Shown here piece by piece: positions 59,901-64,000 of a stretch of DNA of 64,000 bases. Position numbers and translations under genes: made by a program. The DNA lies in contig JBHGNT010000003.1 in the NCBI GenBank assembly GCA_043228905.1, positions 6,820,001 to 6,884,000 of the forward strand, in the 5' to 3' direction. The notes beneath the pieces were generated by a model. That model was given only the letters and a program-made list of their open reading frames with translations, had not been told where the DNA came from and did no database searches. This stretch comes from Azolla caroliniana (taxonomy: Eukaryota; Plantae; Polypodiophyta). The stretch's first letter is position 1, and each line of letters opens with the position of its first letter.

Positions 59901-62639
59901 ACCTTCAGATGCCGGTAGGACACTTCCTTACCGGTCCACACTTTCTGCGGCGTGTCTCCGTCCAAAGGTACTGAGGGTGATCTGTTTATCACGTATGTCG
60001 CCGTCGACATTGCCTCAGCCCAAAACCCCTTGGGTAATTTCGCATGCGCCAGCATACTCCGGACCCTCTCCATTATGGTCCGGTTCATCCTCTCGGCCAG
60101 CCCGTTTAGTTCCGGCGTCTTCGGCACAGTAAACTCGAGCCGGATTCCCTTCGAGCGACAGTACTCCTGGAACTGCCCCCGGTATTCTCCTCCGTTATCC
60201 GCTCGTATCGCTTTCAGCTTCTTGCCGGATTCCCTTTCCACTCTCGCGTGGAGTTCTTTGAAGACGGACAATACTTGGTCCTTTGTCTTCAACGGTGCCG
60301 TCCACAGCTTCCGGCTGTGATCATCAATGAATGTCACGAAGTACTGGGCTCCGCCATGTGACTTCGTTTCTACCTGACACACATCAGTGTGCACCAGCTC
60401 CAAGGGTGCGCTACGTCTCGTCGGTGGCCTTGAGTGGAAGGAGGTCCGGTTTTGCTTACCGGCCAGGCAGTCGGTGCACTTCTCCAGGTGCACATGCTTC
60501 ACTGGAATAAGGTTGTCTTCTGCAAGCCTCTTCATCCCCTTCTCACTCATGTGGCACAGTCTTTTGTGCCACAGCTCACCGGCAGTGTCGGCTGCTACAT
60601 TCAGCTCTTCCGGACATAACCGGGCATTCATCAGGTACAGAGTGTTCACCTTCCGGGCCCGAGCCACTATCAGGCTCCCCTTGCTGAACTTCATTACGCC
60701 GTTCCGGATGCTACCCGTGTAGCCTTCATCATCTAGCCTCCCGGCCGAGATCAGGTTCAATCGGACCTCCGGAACGTGTCGCACATCCTTCAGCAGCATC
60801 TTGCATCCGGTTGATGTCATCAGCCACACGTCTCCTATGCCGGCTATCCGGCACGTACCTTCATTTCCCATCCGGACACAGCCGTGCTCACCGGCTGTGT
60901 AGGATGAGAAGTATTTCTTCTCCGGGGTCAGGTGGAACGACGCTCCGGAATCGACCACCCAGGTCATCTCTACACCGGCAAGGTTCAGCTCCCTCTCTTC
61001 GGTAATAAGCATTATCTCTTCTTCACTTGCCGCGAGTGCCGTCGTTCCTTTCCGGTCCTGCCCTCGCCGATCCGGACCTCTCCGGTCCGTGGCTCCCCGG
61101 TATGCACCGTTTCTCTCCGGTGATTTCTTCGAATCGGTGTCGTCGGCTCCGTTGTCTTTTCGGTAATGCCGACAATTCTTCCGGAAGTGCCCCGGCTTCC
61201 CACAGTGGAAGCATGTGGGTCTTCCTCTTGACTGCGACCGGGTCCCCGACTTCTCCCGTCTTTGCGGACTCCGGTTCCATTGTCTTCCCCGTTCCGATTC
61301 GGCAAGCAGCGCCTTCGAGTCGGAGGCCGGTTCTTTATCTCTCCGACGCGCTTCTTCATTTAGAATACTTGTCTTTACCGTTTGTAGGGACAAGTTGTCT
61401 TCCGTGCAGGAGGTGCTGAGAGTCACCACCAAGTTCTCCCAGCTGTCCGGCAATGTACACATCAGGATGATGGCTTGCATTGCATCCTCCAACGGGAACT
61501 TGATCGCCGCAAGCTGGTTCACGAATCCCATGAACGTGCTTACGTGTTCCACCATACTCTCGCCGTCCCGGTACTTGAGGTTCACTATCTTTCTCATCAA
61601 GGAGGTCCGGTTCAACGCATTCTTCCTCTCATAGAGGCCCGACAGCTTCTTCCACATCTCATAGGCGTTCGTATCGTTCGCCACATGTTGCAGGACACTT
61701 ACATCGACATATTGCCGGATCGTCGCTACTGCTTTCCGGTTCAGGAGCTTCCACTCCGACTCAAGTACTCCCTTCGGTATTTCCGACCTGTCAATCGGTT
61801 CGTACAGGTCCCGAACAATCAGAAGATCCTCCATCTTGATCTTCCAGTCGGCGTAATTCTGTGCATTCAGCACCATCATCATCGGCTGCCCGCTGCCGCC
61901 GCCTTCCATTTTCCGCAACAGTCGCTCTGATACCAGTTTGTAAGGTAATCACCGCTTGGATTCACCTTCTTCTCTCGGCCACAGCCGATTAATCGCGGAT
62001 CAATGTAGCAGAAAATAGGAAATACAGAGAAAGACGCGATACACAGGGATTAACGTGGAAAACCCTATACGGGAAAAACCACGGGAGTGCGAGACTCCGA
62101 ACCAAACTATGCACAGAGAAATATACAATGGCGAGCTGCAAGGCAACGACCTTGAGCTCGCTGTCCTCGCCACAGGCGGCGGAAGTACACAGAGGCGTCT
62201 ACCTCTTCGTCTCTCTCGCGCTCTCTCTCTCTCTCTCTCTCTCGGCTGTTCTCACTTCGCATGGGAAAAATGAGCAACAACATACTATACTGTTTGCCCT
62301 AAGTCATATTTATACACATATGACTTTCGGGCTATTTACAAATATAACCTCAAGGGCTCTTGGCAAACATATTCACAAATATGTCCCCGCATCCGGATCT
62401 CTCTCTCCGGGTACATTCGTCATCCGGCTCCGTAGCCGGGGTCTTCAGCATCCGGCTCCGTAGCCGGGGTCTTCAGCATCCGGCTCCGTAACCGGGGTCT
62501 TCATCATCCGGCTCCGTAACCTGGTACTCTTCATCCGGCTTCATGCCGGGTACTCTTCATCCTACGGTTCCGTAACAGCCTCCGGGCTTGCCGTCATTCA
62601 TCTCCGGACATCCCATCCGGAGGGACCGAAATCCCAACA
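56963..62639 (-). mobile_element. Very young full-length Ty1/Copia (Tork/Tnt1-like); 3' LTR 56963-57825, 5' LTR 61939-62639
   Basis: Perfect TSD GTTCC (56958-56962, 62640-62644), tRNA-iMet PBS TGGTATCAGAGC and PPT AGGGGGAG. The LTRs are identical by eye except for a 162-bp duplication, and U3 carries ~28-bp tandem repeats. Confidence 0.97.
57836..61909 (-). pseudogene. Copia Gag-Pol polyprotein (gag, CCHC, protease, integrase, RT, RNase H) with one in-frame TGA at 58367-58369
   Basis: The 1183-aa ORF and the 169-aa RNase H ORF are in the same frame, and the junction reads KWIL*YLKGT (canonical WILRYLKGT). Confidence 0.93.
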
Positions 62640-64000
62640 GTTCCCAAGTACATTCGCTCGGACTATAACCGAGCCAATCGACCAAATAATAAAGTTTGTT
62701 TCGAAAAAGTTTGGAATCGAGGATGGCTGCAACTTCATGCTCCGGGCCAACGTCCAACTCCAGCGGGGGCGGTGGTGGTGTCACATGATCGGGAATGATG
62801 TTTGCTTTATAAGGTTCAAGAAGAGAACAATGGAAAACCGGATGTATCTGAAGCTGCGGAGGGAGATCAAGGCGGAATGTGACATCATTAATCTTACCCG
62901 TAATACGGAAAGGACCGAGTCGTTGATAATCCAACTTGTCGCACGGTCGAGTAGTCTTGATGTGACGACGTAAGAGCCATACTCGATCTCCGATGGCAAA
63001 AGAGGAGGGAATCCGATGACAATCCGCATAAGTCTTCTGTGTGTGTTAAGCATGACAAAGGTGAGTAGAGAGATCCATCTGGATCTTGCGTAGCCTCTCC
63101 AAATGATCCTCGGCACGAGGGTTGGTAGGTAGCTCCGGGGTGTCTATCACCGACCAACGAGGATGGAAACCGGTATAAGTGAAAAATGGGGAGACCCGAG
63201 TCGAGGAGTGATTAGCATTATTATACGCAAACTCCGCAAAGTGGAGAATCTCGGCCCAATCGTCCTATTGATAACTCAGGAAACACTGGAGATATTGCTC
63301 CAGCGCTTGGTTTGTTCGTTCCGCCTGCCCGTCGGTCTGAGGATGGTAGCCGGAGGAGAGGTTGCAGGAGACCTTGAGCATCTTGAAGAGATGCTGCCAA
63401 AATTTGGAGACAAATTGCGGTCCTCGGTCACTGATGATACTGTCTGGGAGGCCATGATGCCGAAATACCTCACGCATGACAAGGTCGGCGGTTTCCTCGC
63501 TAGTGATGGTTTTAGTACACGGCACAAAATGTGCCATCTTCGTATATCGATCGACGACGGTTAGGATAGCATCGAACCCCTTCGAGACCGGCAGATCTGT
63601 GATAAAATCAAGAAAAATAGACTGCCACGGCTTACTTGGAATTGGTAAGGGTTCCAACAAGCCATATGGATGGTGTCGTGGCATCTTTGCTCGGCAACAA
63701 GCATCACAGGTCTGAACGTAGTCGTCGACAAAACGACGCATGTGGGGCCACCAAAAAGATCGCTGCACTAGCTCGAACGTCTTAGTACTACCGAAATGTC
63801 CCGCCGTATGGGTGTCGTGACAATGCTGGACGATTTGAAGGCGATAGGACAATTGGGGACATATACGCGCTTTTTAAAGAATAACAAACCATCATGATAT
63901 TCGAATTGTCGGTAGTCAATACCTGGTTGTTGAGACTGAGAACAGGATGCCCGAGAAGTATCAATGTGCGCTAGGATGTCTTGAGCAAAACTATCTGTCT

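Larger units (their letters stand above)
56463..64000 (-). mobile_element. Chromoviral Ty3/Gypsy (Tcn1-like), partial: 3' LTR 56463-56836; integrase and chromodomain at 56837-56962 and 62640-64000
   Basis: TGTCA...TGACA LTR with PPT AAGGGGGAGATAG. Integrase motifs HCHDTHTAGHFG...CDAC, PWQSIFLDFITDLP, HPQTDGQAER and LGPF. Chromodomain HEVAAILDSK...YYLVDWLGY...TWE|PVEHVSNA is split by a Copia insertion. Frameshifts and stops are present. Confidence 0.9.

Noticed and set aside
44533-63715. Numerous 60-275 aa antisense or overlapping ORFs within the retroelements (similar ones overlap the PPR gene)
   Set aside because: These are shadow frames of long coding regions with no independent motifs.

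Overview
Nuclear DNA of a land plant, most likely seed-free and fern-like. This is inferred from the long PLS-PPR gene and the Phygy-like and Tcn1-like retroelements. The left ~37 kb holds four genes: a 6-exon UBZ-zinc-finger HAPLESS8-like gene (+), a YCF20/DUF565-like gene (-), a 1038-aa PLS-E PPR gene (-) and a 2-exon methyl-CpG-binding-domain gene (-). Between them lie minisatellites, decayed LINE pieces, two hAT-type MITEs, a solo LTR and a plastid trnG-UCC exon-2 fragment. The right ~24 kb is two nested transposon stacks: (1) Copia > non-autonomous hAT > Phygy-like Gypsy, all bounded by target-site duplications; (2) Copia > chromovirus > very young Tork/Tnt1-like Copia, whose outer two elements run off the window. 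The best candidate signals are a -1 frameshift cassette (GGAUUUU plus a predicted pseudoknot) in the Gypsy element and a tRNA-like Pol III A/B-box module inside the chromovirus LTR. No wholly new system can be established from sequence alone. All alignments and folds were done by eye.
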